Source of the DNA: Candidatus Udaeobacter sp. | GTDB taxonomy: Bacteria; Verrucomicrobiota; Verrucomicrobiia; Chthoniobacterales; UBA10450 | Assembly (NCBI GenBank): GCA_035651975.1 | Contig: DASREQ010000069.1 | Coordinates: forward strand, 3,235 to 67,234 | Reading direction: 5' to 3' | Length of the DNA: 64,000 bases | Shown here: positions 34,051-43,724 of the stretch, piece after piece | How the letters are laid out: every line of letters begins with the position of its first letter | Numbering within the stretch: position 1 is the stretch's first letter | Notes under the pieces: model-generated | Databases searched by the model: none | What the model was told of the DNA's origin: nothing | Seen by the model: the letters and a program-made list of their open reading frames with translations, nothing else | Made by a program: the position numbers and the translations under genes

Positions 34051-35091
34051 TCAGGCGCCCGCACTATCCAGCACTGTCGTTGCAAGTCGGAAGACCTCTG
34101 CTGCGCAGCCCCAGGAGAGCGTGAACCCTGCGCCGCCGTGGCCGTAGTTGTGGATCACCGTGCGGCCGTCGCTCAGACCGGCACGTTCAACGCGAACGCC
34201 TGCTTTGCGAAAGGGCCGCAACCCGACGCGCTCGACGAGAACATTCGGTTTCTCAATCCCCAATGTACGAGCGCATTCGGCGACGATTCGCGTAGTTGTT
34301 GCGTCGTCAACGGCAAGATTATCGCTGAGCTCATTTGTTCCTCCGAAAACGCAATCGTTCGTACGTGGGATCGCGTACATGAGCGGCGTGTCATCACAGA
34401 CAACGGCGTATGGAAGATCTTCGATCCTTGGAACAATCGCGACCTGGCCCCGGTGCGGCTCAAGATCGGCGTCCTGGACGAGTTCGCGGGCGCCGATTCC
34501 CGCGCAGTTAATCACAAGATCGAACTTTGGATTGACGTGTTCGAGCTTCTCGAAGCGCACGTTTTCGGTGATTTGGCCATCGGCTTTCAAGAACCGGTTC
34601 ACCAGATGGTCGAGATAAATGGTCGTGTCCATCAGCGGAACTCGCAGTGAGAAACCACTCTTGAAATGCTGTCGTCGCCTCGCTGTCTCGAGGCGCTTCC
34701 CCCGCGATCCATCAGCACGGCGACGCAGCGCCGTGGCTACAGCCGAAAGCCTGCGCGCGCCGAGCGAAGTTGCCCAGTCTGGAATCGCAATTTTCCCAGT
34801 GCGAGAAAATTGTCGGAGCTCGATCAAGGAAACGCCGCTGTCGGGACCGCGAGCCAGATCGATCAGCGTCCGGCAGGTCTCGAGCGCCCACGGGATGACT
34901 TTATCCGCAGGCTCCACGTCATAGGGAAACCAGAGCGCCGCAGCGGCTCCGGACGTTGTCTGCTGCCCGATTTTCTTTGCGAAGATCGTTGTGCGATGTC
35001 CACGCTCGGCGAAAGCGATGCCGCAGGTGAGACCGGAGACGCCTGCGCCTACGATTGCTACTTGATGCTGCATCCGAACATCTACGTGCAA
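34051..35091 (-). CDS. FAD-dependent D-amino-acid oxidase
   Basis: N-terminal dinucleotide fold (VAIVGAGVSGLTCG) and the C-terminal DAAO hallmark HNYGHGGAGFTLSWGCA. It contains an Arg-rich insertion encoded by a double hairpin (see findings). Confidence 0.8.
   Translation of the reverse strand: MHVDVRMQHQVAIVGAGVSGLTCGIAFAERGHRTTIFAKKIGQQTTSGAAAALWFPYDVEPADKVIPWALETCRTLIDLARGPDSGVSLIELRQFSRTGKIAIPDWATSLGARRLSAVATALRRRADGSRGKRLETARRRQHFKSGFSLRVPLMDTTIYLDHLVNRFLKADGQITENVRFEKLEHVNPKFDLVINCAGIGARELVQDADLEPHRGQVAIVPRIEDLPYAVVCDDTPLMYAIPRTNDCVFGGTNELSDNLAVDDATTTRIVAECARTLGIEKPNVLVERVGLRPFRKAGVRVERAGLSDGRTVIHNYGHGGAGFTLSWGCAAEVFRLATTVLDSAGA
34669..34744. repeat. REPIN-like double hairpin inside the D-amino-acid oxidase CDS
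   Basis: CTGTCGT-CGCCTCG-ctgtct-CGAGGCG, then 20 nt, then CACGGCG-acgcag-CGCCGTG-GCTACAGCC. The right end matches the CTACAG tail of other copies. Confidence 0.6.
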
Positions 35092-35122
35092 TAGACCGCG
35101 GCGTCATATAAAGTGGCGCGTA

Positions 35123-36214
35123 ATGGTCTCCTTAAATCGAGATGGACTAGCGGACAAGGTGCTTGCAGGCGAACGAATTTCGGCGGACCAGGCGCTCGAA
35201 TTATATCGCTGGCCGCTGGAGGAACTGGGCGCGCTGGGTAATGTGAGGCGCGATTTGGCAAAGGCGAAAAGTTACGCTGGACGTGGACGTGAGATCGTCA
35301 CCTACATCGTCGATCGAAACATCAATTACACGAACGTTTGCAACGTTTACTGCAAGTTCTGCGCGTTTTATCGAACGGAGAAGGATGAGGATCATTACGT
35401 GCTCTCGTTCGAGCAGATCGATCAGAAACTGGACGAACTTTCCGCCGTTGGGGGTGTTCAAATCCTGATGCAAGGGGGGCATCATCCGAAATTGCCGTTC
35501 CAATGGTACATCGATCTGCTGCGTCACATCCGGGAGAAATATCCGCACATCAATATCCACGGATTTAGTCCGCCGGAGTTTCAGCATTTCGCGGAGACTT
35601 TCCGGATGCCGCTACGCGAAGTGATTTTGGAATTTAAACGCGCCGGACTTGGATCAATTCCTGGTGGTGGCGGCGAAATTCTGGTGGACCGGGTACGGAA
35701 AAAAATTTCGCCGTTGAAAATCGACAGCGATCAATGGTTGCAGGTGATGCAAACGGCACACGAGCTCGGATTGAAGTCGAGTGCGACGATGATGTTTGGA
35801 CACGTTGAAACCATTGAAGACCGGATCGAACATCTGGAGCGCATCCGCAATCAGCAGGACCACAGCGGCGGATTTACGGCGTTCATCTGCTGGACGTTTC
35901 AACCTCAGCACACGGTCTTAAAGGTGAAGCACCCGACCGGCGTGGCCGAGTATTTGCGGATGCAGGCACTCGCCCGGATTTTTTTGGACAACATCGACAA
36001 TATCCAAAGCTCCTGGGTAACGCAGGGTCCGGAGATTGGCCAGATCGCACTCCGATACGGCGCGAACGATTTCGGATCGGTGATGATGGAAGAAAACGTC
36101 GTCAGCAGCGCAGGGACAACATTTCGATTGGATGCCGGACAAATTGAATCGCTTATTCGCGACGCGGGCTACGAACCCCGCCGGCGAAATAACTGGTATG
36201 AACTTTTGAATTGA
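35123..36214 (+). CDS. radical SAM menaquinone (futalosine pathway) enzyme, MqnC/MqnE family
   Basis: Radical SAM motif NINYTNVCNVYCKFCAFYR (CxxxCxxC), with CofH/MqnC/MqnE-like length and C-terminal pattern. I cannot separate MqnC from MqnE by eye. Confidence 0.8.
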   Translation: MVSLNRDGLADKVLAGERISADQALELYRWPLEELGALGNVRRDLAKAKSYAGRGREIVTYIVDRNINYTNVCNVYCKFCAFYRTEKDEDHYVLSFEQIDQKLDELSAVGGVQILMQGGHHPKLPFQWYIDLLRHIREKYPHINIHGFSPPEFQHFAETFRMPLREVILEFKRAGLGSIPGGGGEILVDRVRKKISPLKIDSDQWLQVMQTAHELGLKSSATMMFGHVETIEDRIEHLERIRNQQDHSGGFTAFICWTFQPQHTVLKVKHPTGVAEYLRMQALARIFLDNIDNIQSSWVTQGPEIGQIALRYGANDFGSVMMEENVVSSAGTTFRLDAGQIESLIRDAGYEPRRRNNWYELLN

Positions 36215-36337
36215 ACGAGCGGACCGCCTATGGCCAAATCGTCTGCCTAAATCTCGCCTTGACGACTGACCTCTTCTTTCCGATATAGCCGCCTGTCCTG
36301 CGTGGGCTCGCTTGCGCGGGGCCGCGCTTCTTAACCT

Positions 36338-38674
36338 ATGAAATATATTTCTAGATGGATGCGCCCCCCGCCATTTGCAATCTGGGCCGCGTCCATTTGC
36401 GCCCTACTTGGCGCCACAGTGGCGCGGGCGCAGACACCGCAGGCGCCGGCGCAGGGGCCTCCCATCGTCCGCTCAATTGACGTGGAATACACAGGCCCCG
36501 GCACTGTCAGCAAGGAACGAATTCTCGCACAAATCCGGACCAGGGTGGGGCAGCCGTATTCCAACGAGGTGGTCGAGCAGGATATCGCGGCTCTCTACAA
36601 GACCGGCGCGATTGAAAACGTTCGCATTTTTGCTCAACCGCAAGGCGATGGATTGAAGGTGATTGTTGCCGTGCAAACGCGCTCGATCCTGCGCGAGATC
36701 GTCATCGACGGCGCCGAGCGCGTGAAAGCGCAAAGACTGCGCAAAGAAATCAAATTGAAACTGAACCAGCCGGTTAACGAGCAGCAATTGGAAGAAGCCC
36801 GCCAGAAAATCATCGAAGTCTACCAGGGCCGCGGGTTCACGGACGTCAGCGTTCAATTTCGAGTGGATCCAATTGACCAGAAACGCGGGACGGCGCGCGT
36901 CGTTTACACGGTCACCGAGGGAACAAGAGGCGCGGTGCGCCGGATTAATTTCGAAGGGAACACGCATTTTAGCGAACGGGTGCTGCGCAAACAGATGAAA
37001 ACGCGTGGAAAAACTCCCATTTCTTTCCTGGATAAATCTGGCCGCCTCGATGAAGTGCAGTTGCAACAAGACCTCGATAAGGTCCGCGAGTTTTACCAGG
37101 ACCACGGATACATCGACGTCGAAATCAAAAACGTGCGCAGGGAACGCATGGAGAAGGGCCCCATGATTCTCACCATCGTGATTGCTGAGGGCCCGCAATA
37201 TCATGTGCACAAGCTGACCATTACAGGTTATGAGAATACCACCGAGCAAAGGATTCGGGTCCTGCTGAAAATGAAGGAAGGCAGTGTCTATTCGCCCAAG
37301 CAATTGCGCGATGATGCCAAGGCGTTGGCTGATGCGTACGGCAGTGGCGGCTATGTCGATACCGTGATCCAGCCCGAGGGCATGCCGGCCGGTCCGGCCT
37401 TGATCGATGTACACTATAACATTGAGGAAGGTGTTCGCTCGTTCGTAAATCGGGTCAACATCGAGGGGAACACGCGTACTAAGGACAAAGTCGTCCGGCG
37501 CGAAGTCCTCGTTGCGCCGGGGGACGTCTTTAACACCGTACGGGTGGACATCACTAAGAAACGTCTCGAGAACCTGGGATATTTTGCAAAGGTCGAGACT
37601 TATCCGGAAGAGACTGACATTCCCGGGCGCAAGGATCTCACCATTCTGGTGCAAGAAAAACGGACCGGCTCCCTGACCTTCGGCGGCGGATACAGTACTG
37701 TCGATCAGGTGGTTGGATTCGCGGAACTGACACAGGGCAATTTCGATCTCTTCAACTGGCCTTCATTTACAGGAGGAGGCCAAAAATTCAGGCTACGCGT
37801 CCAGTACGGCACAGAACGAAAGGACTTCATTCTCTCCATAACCGAACCGTACTTATTCGATCGGCGATTGTCGTTGAATGGCCAGGTGTTTTATACAGAG
37901 GCCAACTATCTGAGTGCCGAGTATGACCAGCGCAACTACGGATTTGCCTTCGAATTGCGCAAGCCGATCAATGCCTACACATCCGCAACGTTGGGTTATC
38001 AATTGCAGGACATCGATATTTTCAATGTGGCCAATAGTGCATCTGACTTCATCCAATCGCAAAAGGGTTCATCTACCGAGAGCAAGATTTTCAGCGGTGT
38101 CGTGTACGACTCGCGCGATAATCCCTTGCTCTCACGCCGGGGACAACGCTTTACCTTTTCTCCCTATATCGCCGGTGGTTTTCTTGGAGGCGACACCCAG
38201 ATCTACGGATTGGACTTCGAAGGGTCGCAATATTTTCATCTTCCCTGGGACACCATCCTCCTGATTAACGGCGAAATCGCTACCGTGAGCCAGTGGGGAA
38301 ATGGGAATGACGTACCAATCTTCGAGCGGCTTTACCTAGGCGGTTCAAATAATCTGCGCGGATTTCCGTATCGCGAAGTTGGTCCGCAAGATCACACTGG
38401 CGAACCGATCGGTGGAAAGTCGATGTGGCGCACGACCATTGAATGGACTTTTCCGATCATTCAAAAAGCGCGCGGAGCGGTCTTTTACGACACCGGCTTT
38501 GTGAACAGCGACCAATGGTCTTTCGGCTTTAACCATATCGCCTCGGATATCGGTATCGGGCTTCGCCTTGATTTGCCGATCGGCCCGTTGCGCCTCGATT
38601 ATGGATATCCGCTGCAGCGCGATGGATATCACGGCGGCGGTCGTTTCAACTTCAACGTGGGCTATCAATTTTGA
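36338..38674 (+). CDS. bamA: outer membrane protein assembly factor BamA
   Basis: Signal peptide, five POTRA-like repeats (I..I...G........I), a C-terminal 16-strand barrel with RGF/RGY motifs (LRGFPYREVGP) and a terminal ...NVGYQF. Confidence 0.92.
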   Translation: MKYISRWMRPPPFAIWAASICALLGATVARAQTPQAPAQGPPIVRSIDVEYTGPGTVSKERILAQIRTRVGQPYSNEVVEQDIAALYKTGAIENVRIFAQPQGDGLKVIVAVQTRSILREIVIDGAERVKAQRLRKEIKLKLNQPVNEQQLEEARQKIIEVYQGRGFTDVSVQFRVDPIDQKRGTARVVYTVTEGTRGAVRRINFEGNTHFSERVLRKQMKTRGKTPISFLDKSGRLDEVQLQQDLDKVREFYQDHGYIDVEIKNVRRERMEKGPMILTIVIAEGPQYHVHKLTITGYENTTEQRIRVLLKMKEGSVYSPKQLRDDAKALADAYGSGGYVDTVIQPEGMPAGPALIDVHYNIEEGVRSFVNRVNIEGNTRTKDKVVRREVLVAPGDVFNTVRVDITKKRLENLGYFAKVETYPEETDIPGRKDLTILVQEKRTGSLTFGGGYSTVDQVVGFAELTQGNFDLFNWPSFTGGGQKFRLRVQYGTERKDFILSITEPYLFDRRLSLNGQVFYTEANYLSAEYDQRNYGFAFELRKPINAYTSATLGYQLQDIDIFNVANSASDFIQSQKGSSTESKIFSGVVYDSRDNPLLSRRGQRFTFSPYIAGGFLGGDTQIYGLDFEGSQYFHLPWDTILLINGEIATVSQWGNGNDVPIFERLYLGGSNNLRGFPYREVGPQDHTGEPIGGKSMWRTTIEWTFPIIQKARGAVFYDTGFVNSDQWSFGFNHIASDIGIGLRLDLPIGPLRLDYGYPLQRDGYHGGGRFNFNVGYQF

Positions 38675-38729
38675 ACGAATATATGTGGTTGCAGTCTAAC
38701 GCGATTCCGAGCACTGTATCCTCCATTTT

Positions 38730-39362
38730 ATGAAAAAGTCTCTGTCTACAATGCTTGCATTGACGCTGGCGTTTCCGATTGCGGCCCTTGCGCAAGGCAC
38801 ACTAAAAATCGGAACGGTTGATATGCAGCGCGCGTTTAAGGAATACAACAAGACCAAGGAAGCCGAAGTAAAAATCAATGATGCCAAAAATGCCGCCAAG
38901 AAAGAATACGACGATCGAGCGGAGGCTTACAAAAAGGCCCTGGACGAAATCAACAATCTGAACAAGCAGCTGGAGTCGCCAGCCCTGAGCGCAGATAAAA
39001 AGACCCAAACGGCAAAGGAAAGGGACGACAAGATCGCCAACATCAAAAACATGGAGCGTGAGATCAGCGATTTTCGTCAAACTCGCGAGCGACAATTACA
39101 GGAACAGTTGATGCGCGTGCGAGAGGGAATCGTTAAGGAAATCACCGACGTCGTGATGGAGAAGGTGAAGGCCAATCATTTCGACCTAGTGTTCGATAAA
39201 TCGGGGATGAGCATCAACGGTGTCCCGGTCATATTGTATGCGCCGGACAATGTCGATTTCACCAACGACATTATCACCGTGCTCAACAAGCCGGGACGCG
39301 CTGCCAGCTCAACTGCAAAAGCAAGTGCATCCGCCACTCCGGCAAGAGCTGCAAAGCCTTAA
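38730..39362 (+). CDS. skp: OmpH/Skp-family periplasmic chaperone
   Basis: Signal peptide, KIGTVDMQRAF and a long coiled-coil. It lies directly downstream of bamA. Confidence 0.85.
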   Translation: MKKSLSTMLALTLAFPIAALAQGTLKIGTVDMQRAFKEYNKTKEAEVKINDAKNAAKKEYDDRAEAYKKALDEINNLNKQLESPALSADKKTQTAKERDDKIANIKNMEREISDFRQTRERQLQEQLMRVREGIVKEITDVVMEKVKANHFDLVFDKSGMSINGVPVILYAPDNVDFTNDIITVLNKPGRAASSTAKASASATPARAAKP

Positions 39363-39385
39363 CATTTAAATTCGACAATTTGGAA

Positions 39386-39418
39386 ATACACGCGAGCTAG
39401 ACTCGCGTGTATTTTTTT
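39386..39418 (+). terminator. rho-independent terminator after skp
   Basis: ATACACGCGAG-ctaga-CTCGCGTGTAT (11-bp perfect stem) followed by a T7 run. Confidence 0.85.
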
Positions 39419-39425
39419 CGTACGA

Positions 39426-40298
39426 ATGAAAAGCAGAGACCCAGATGAAAGGGAAACGATTGGCGAGCGGGTGGGGCCTGCGAAAATATCGATTCTAACC
39501 CGACCTTGGACCCTGGCGACGATCTTTGCGTTTCTTGCGCTCTGCTCCAGTTCGCTCGCGGAGAACTGGGAGGCGACGGTCAGCAAGGATCCGCCTGGAA
39601 ATTTTCCTGAGCTCCGCCCCTTGCGCGCGTCGTATCGCTTCGGGTGGTCTGGTTTTACGGCGGCTACCGGAGATGTCCACTTTACCAGGCCATCTGAAGA
39701 CAAATTTCAACTCGACGGAACCGGTCGAACCATTGGCCTGGTTCGGGCGTTGTGGAAACTGGATGTGAATTACCAGGCAGTCGCCAGCGCCGGGACGCTG
39801 CGGCCGATCAAAACCAAGCAAATCGAGAGTTATCGATCGAAGAAAATCGTCACTCATCTCACTTTCACAAATAACGGAGTGACTCGTCTGAGAACAGAGG
39901 GGAAGGGCGCAGCGGAACCGAAGATTCGTCATTTTAATTTTCCAAACCTCTTCGATCTGTTTTCAGCCATGCTTTATCTGCGCAGTCAGCCGCTTAAAGA
40001 CCGCAGCGTTTACCGTGTTGTGGCCTATCCGGCGACCAACGCTTACCTTGCTATCGTTACAGTAATTGGCCGGGAAAAAATCTCAGTGCACGCTGGGAAT
40101 TACAGCGCAATTAAACTCGATTTGCAGCTCAAGCGGATTGGCAAGCAACGCCAATTAGAACAGCACCGGAAGTTTCGTCGCGGCACGATCTGGGTGTCGG
40201 ATGATGCCGAACGACTTCTGCTTCGTATTGAAGCGCAGGTGTTTGTCGGCACGGTTTTTGCCGAACTGCAATCGGTACGCTTCGACAATCCTCAATAA
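39426..40298 (+). CDS. DUF3108-like protein
   Basis: 290 aa with an N-terminal hydrophobic segment, then YRFGWSGFTAATGDVHF..., ...DLFSAMLYLRSQPL... and ...GTIWVSDDAERLLLRIEA..., a pattern I recall from DUF3108. Confidence 0.55.
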   Translation: MKSRDPDERETIGERVGPAKISILTRPWTLATIFAFLALCSSSLAENWEATVSKDPPGNFPELRPLRASYRFGWSGFTAATGDVHFTRPSEDKFQLDGTGRTIGLVRALWKLDVNYQAVASAGTLRPIKTKQIESYRSKKIVTHLTFTNNGVTRLRTEGKGAAEPKIRHFNFPNLFDLFSAMLYLRSQPLKDRSVYRVVAYPATNAYLAIVTVIGREKISVHAGNYSAIKLDLQLKRIGKQRQLEQHRKFRRGTIWVSDDAERLLLRIEAQVFVGTVFAELQSVRFDNPQ

Positions 40299-40343
40299 CG
40301 GGAGCGCCTCGTCCGCGGCAGGCGGCCACACGCTCACGGAACG

Positions 40344-41078
40344 TCACTCGGGAACCCATTCGCCGCGGAGCGGAGCGGGCGGGGGACGCCAACGTCTGCG
40401 CAAGGGATCGTAAAACGGTCCGCGCGGCTGCGGTAACAAACGAAGCGCCGCGAGCGTTTGCAGATCAAGCCGCCCTGTTATCGGAAGTTTGGCCCGGGCC
40501 TGGTACGCTCGCAGTGAAAACTCCATTGCCGGCCCGTAAATTCCATTGACCTTGTCATGATAAAGGCCGCGTCGCGCCAGCGCGATTTGAGCAGAAACGA
40601 TCACGTTGCGTTGCACCTGGGGCGGTGCAGTTTCGAAAGGCGTCCGCGCGAGTACTCCTCCGGCTGACGCGGCCGGGGCGACGGGGTTGGATGGATACAC
40701 TTGTCGATCTTGGGGCGCATTCGTAAACGGCTGAACGGCTGGTGGCGTTACATTCGCTTCCTCGATTGGCGATTGATCACCAGGGTTGGATAAAGCGGGG
40801 CTGGGTGAGGCAAGCTTTGCGGCTGGTCTCCCGGAAGAAGAAGAGTTAATTCCCAGCGATTGGAGCGTCTCACCATTGAGCTGACCATTGACCTGCAGGC
40901 CACTGCGAATTTGATAACGACGAATGGCCGCAGTTAAATCCGAACTCATCTGACCGGTGATCTCACCGTAATAAAAGCCCTGATCTTTCAAGGCTTCCTG
41001 CACGCTTTCAATCATCTGGTCCGCGCGCGTCGGGATAAGCAATCCGAAAAAGATCAGCGCAGCGATCCTGGCCTTCAT
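40344..41078 (-). CDS. peptidoglycan-binding (PG_binding_1) domain protein
   Basis: Signal peptide and two PGB repeats (LKDQGFYYGEITGQMSSDLTAAIRRYQIRSGLQVNGQL and LARRGLYHDKVNGIYGPAMEFSLRAYQARAKLPITGRL) joined by a Pro/Ser-rich linker. Confidence 0.7.
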   Translation of the reverse strand: MKARIAALIFFGLLIPTRADQMIESVQEALKDQGFYYGEITGQMSSDLTAAIRRYQIRSGLQVNGQLNGETLQSLGINSSSSGRPAAKLASPSPALSNPGDQSPIEEANVTPPAVQPFTNAPQDRQVYPSNPVAPAASAGGVLARTPFETAPPQVQRNVIVSAQIALARRGLYHDKVNGIYGPAMEFSLRAYQARAKLPITGRLDLQTLAALRLLPQPRGPFYDPLRRRWRPPPAPLRGEWVPE

Positions 41079-41115
41079 TGTGATCTTATTTTTGACGCCG
41101 TTGTTTCCCGGCTAT

Positions 41116-41913
41116 TCAGCGCTTTCCCGAATCTGTTACCGCCAACGTTGGCTTCCGTTGGCTCACCGCATTGCGATAGTGCAAAATACCGTCAGCCACG
41201 GCTGCGGCGATCTGATCGCGGTAATCTTCGCTCACAAGTTTGGAAATATCCTCCTTATTGGTGAGAAATCCTCCTTCGATCAAGGCGGCAGGAGAAGTGA
41301 CGTTTGCGATCACAAAAAATTGTCCGGGTTGTGTGCCGCGATCGATGGCTCGCGTGCGGGCGACCAGCGCTTCTTGAATGAGTCCCGCGAGCCTCTGGCT
41401 TTCAGGGTTCGGCGACCCGGAAAGTGGTCGCCATAAAAAAGGCAACCATGAAGCCAGAGAGGATACTGTGGTGATTTGATGCGAGGCGTAGTAAGTCTCC
41501 ACACCACTGGCGACCGGCTTGTTATCTTCGTTGAAATGAATGCTGACGAAAATGCAATTTCTGATTCGATTAGCGAACGCCGCGCGATCTGCCAGCGAGA
41601 CGTAAGAATCTCCCAGGCGAGTCATCTGTGTCGCGATTCCTTCCGAGTCGAGCAAACGATCGATTCGTCGCGCCACGTCGAGCGTGAGATCTTTTTCCAG
41701 TAACCCTCCGCACATTGCACCGGAATCCTGTCCCCCATGGCCGGGATCAAGGATGACTACTGTGAAAGGACCAGGGGCAGCCGAAGGCTGCGCCGTTCTG
41801 GGCTCTGTGGCCGCCGACCTAGCTCTTTCCGTCTGGCGAAACTGCATCCAGACGAAAGACGCCAGCATCACCAACAAGCCAGAGAGAGCCAGGATATTCC
41901 GAAGTGGTTTCAC
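41116..41913 (-). CDS. N-acetylmuramoyl-L-alanine amidase (Amidase_3, AmiC-like)
   Basis: Motifs VVILDPGHGGQDSGA, ...FVSIHFN... and ...ALIEGGFLTN. Confidence 0.88.
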   Translation of the reverse strand: MKPLRNILALSGLLVMLASFVWMQFRQTERARSAATEPRTAQPSAAPGPFTVVILDPGHGGQDSGAMCGGLLEKDLTLDVARRIDRLLDSEGIATQMTRLGDSYVSLADRAAFANRIRNCIFVSIHFNEDNKPVASGVETYYASHQITTVSSLASWLPFLWRPLSGSPNPESQRLAGLIQEALVARTRAIDRGTQPGQFFVIANVTSPAALIEGGFLTNKEDISKLVSEDYRDQIAAAVADGILHYRNAVSQRKPTLAVTDSGKR

Positions 41914-41947
41914 TTATTATCTCCGGACGATGATTTTTTCCCATATC

Positions 41948-42727
41948 TTAGTCGCGAATCAAAGGACGTAATTCATTGTCTGACAACAAACGATAACGAA
42001 TTGCCCTGCCCGCGTCACGCTCAAGCAATGCCGCCTCGATTGCAGCGCCTGCGAGTTGTTCCTGTCGATGTTTCCTTACTGCAGCGCGCTCTGGTGGTTC
42101 CTTTGTGTCGCTGGTTTGTAAAGTCATATGCCCGATGCTCCATGCATCGAGCGCGGAATTGAGTGCCGTCTCAAGGTTGGCATCCGCTGAGTGCTGAGTC
42201 GCGAGAAATACTTCCATCAGCTCTCTTGATTGCTCTGTCCCACTGAGCGCGGCGAAGTCCCGCCGCGCCTGCGCGTACGTGGCGCCGTTGCTGGCGATCT
42301 CACCATCGTATTCTACTCGTAAAAACAAATCCTCTTCGGGTTGTTCTCCGACCTCCGCGAAGAGCATCCGTGCCAGGTATGGTGGCCCATAAATCTGTTC
42401 AAATGCGGTCTTCATTGCCGGACTAAGCGAGTAATGCGCCAGGCGTCGCAACGAAACATCCGCCGCCGAACGGGTGAAGCCTTCCGTGCTGGCCAGCTCG
42501 ATCGCCGCCATTCGCAATCTTTCGATGTCCCCGGGATGACCGATCGCACCCATCGCAATCCGGTCGTAGATCTCAAAAATCTTCTGACGCGTCTGGCCCA
42601 GGGTGACAAACAAAATGCCGTCGCCATAACCGAGCGCTGCGATCGGGCTGCCCGGAGCGAGCTGCGCTTCGATGTACTCGCGCCGGTTAGCGATCGCTTC
42701 GACCCAACGATACGGCTCTTCAATCAT
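41948..42727 (-). CDS. prcA: 20S proteasome alpha subunit (PrcA-like)
   Basis: Colinear by eye with my recollection of actinobacterial PrcA (...EAIANRREYIEAQLA.GSPIAALGYGDGILFVT...KIFEIYDRIAMGAIG...LRVEYDGEI...), including the C-terminal tail. Its ATG overlaps the prcB stop (ATGA 42724-42727). Confidence 0.85.
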   Translation of the reverse strand: MIEEPYRWVEAIANRREYIEAQLAPGSPIAALGYGDGILFVTLGQTRQKIFEIYDRIAMGAIGHPGDIERLRMAAIELASTEGFTRSAADVSLRRLAHYSLSPAMKTAFEQIYGPPYLARMLFAEVGEQPEEDLFLRVEYDGEIASNGATYAQARRDFAALSGTEQSRELMEVFLATQHSADANLETALNSALDAWSIGHMTLQTSDTKEPPERAAVRKHRQEQLAGAAIEAALLERDAGRAIRYRLLSDNELRPLIRD

Positions 42728-43548
42728 GCAACCGTTTCCTTAAACACCGCCGCAATTTTGCTCTCCGGCAACGTGGTGATTCCTTCGCGCGATACAATCT
42801 TGATAAGCGGATAAATCTTCCCGCTGCGATCTACGCCGCCTGTCGATGTGTCCGATTCCGCAGCGGTATCCAATGCACGCAACGCGATTGATACTGCTTC
42901 GTCTTCGCCTAATTCCTGCAGCGGCTTGGCTCCCCAATTGTTTTCGTAATAAAGAATGCCCCGCACCGCCGGCGATCCGGACCCCGTCGCTGCGTAATCA
43001 GCCACTTCAAATTGTGCACCCATTGCGTCGTAAAAATAAAGCCGCGCCTCGGGCTTCGGATGAGAATCGTAGGTCGCGAAGATCGGCACCACGACTCCGA
43101 TGCCCTGCATGACGGACCCGAAGTTGTCGCGCAACAGCTTCGACAGAGCGCGCACTTTGCCGTCAACACTCATTTCCTGCAGTTGCGTTCGGCGAAAGTA
43201 TTGAAATGAGTGTTCGAGCACGCGCGCCATTTCCCACGCCGTTGCCGGCACACCGGCAATGGCCATGATCGAGTGTCGATCGATTTCCAAAACTTTGTCG
43301 GCGCGATCATACACAACTGTATTACCAGCGGTTGCGCGGCGGTCGCCTGCCACCAACACGCCGCCTGAAAATTTGAAAGCGAGAATGGTGGTTGCTTCCG
43401 TCGGTTGCCACGTCTTTTGAGGCGCTCCGCCTTGCGGCACGGGATTCGCAGTTGCCGGGGTCAGCAAGCCTTTGCGACGCAACAGCGCAGAGAAATCGCC
43501 CGCTGCGCCAGAGAAATTCTGGTCAAACGCAACCGGGAAGCGGTCCAT
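42724..43548 (-). CDS. prcB: 20S proteasome beta subunit (PrcB-like) with ~52-aa propeptide
   Basis: ...TEA|TTILAFKFSGGVLVAGDRRATAGN.V......KV.EID carries the Thr-1 nucleophile context. I chose ATG 43548, which overlaps the TAA of the upstream small ORF by 1 nt. The ORF is open to 43686. Confidence 0.88.
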   Translation of the reverse strand: MDRFPVAFDQNFSGAAGDFSALLRRKGLLTPATANPVPQGGAPQKTWQPTEATTILAFKFSGGVLVAGDRRATAGNTVVYDRADKVLEIDRHSIMAIAGVPATAWEMARVLEHSFQYFRRTQLQEMSVDGKVRALSKLLRDNFGSVMQGIGVVVPIFATYDSHPKPEARLYFYDAMGAQFEVADYAATGSGSPAVRGILYYENNWGAKPLQELGEDEAVSIALRALDTAAESDTSTGGVDRSGKIYPLIKIVSREGITTLPESKIAAVFKETVA

Positions 43549-43724
43549 TATTCGCCGGTGCGCTGGCGATAGCGCTTGGATTGATTGGGATCCACCCTGC
43601 GCATTTTTTTTAAGAGATCCTTCGTGTCCGGCCGCGAAATGTCGGGTGAACGTGGACCTCCACCATCGCCTTGTTTTGGATCCCATGGAGCCGGTTCTGC
43701 GGGCTTCTGAATGCGCTCAGGCAT
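43548..43724 (-). CDS. ubact: UBact, Pup-like prokaryotic ubiquitin-like modifier
   Basis: 58-aa disordered peptide MPERIQKPAEPAPWDPKQGDGGGPRSPDISRPDTKDLLKKMRRVDPNQSKRYRQRTGE. The C-terminal ...RYRQRTGE and its position directly upstream of prcBA match the UBact description as I recall it. An alternative ATG lies at 43757. Confidence 0.7.
   Translation of the reverse strand: MPERIQKPAEPAPWDPKQGDGGGPRSPDISRPDTKDLLKKMRRVDPNQSKRYRQRTGE

Noticed and set aside
33928-34650. 240-aa plus-strand ORF
   Set aside because: It is antisense to the D-amino-acid oxidase gene, whose N- and C-terminal hallmarks are intact.
36473-37654. 393-aa minus-strand ORF
   Set aside because: It is antisense to bamA, which is unambiguously coding, and has no recognisable motifs.
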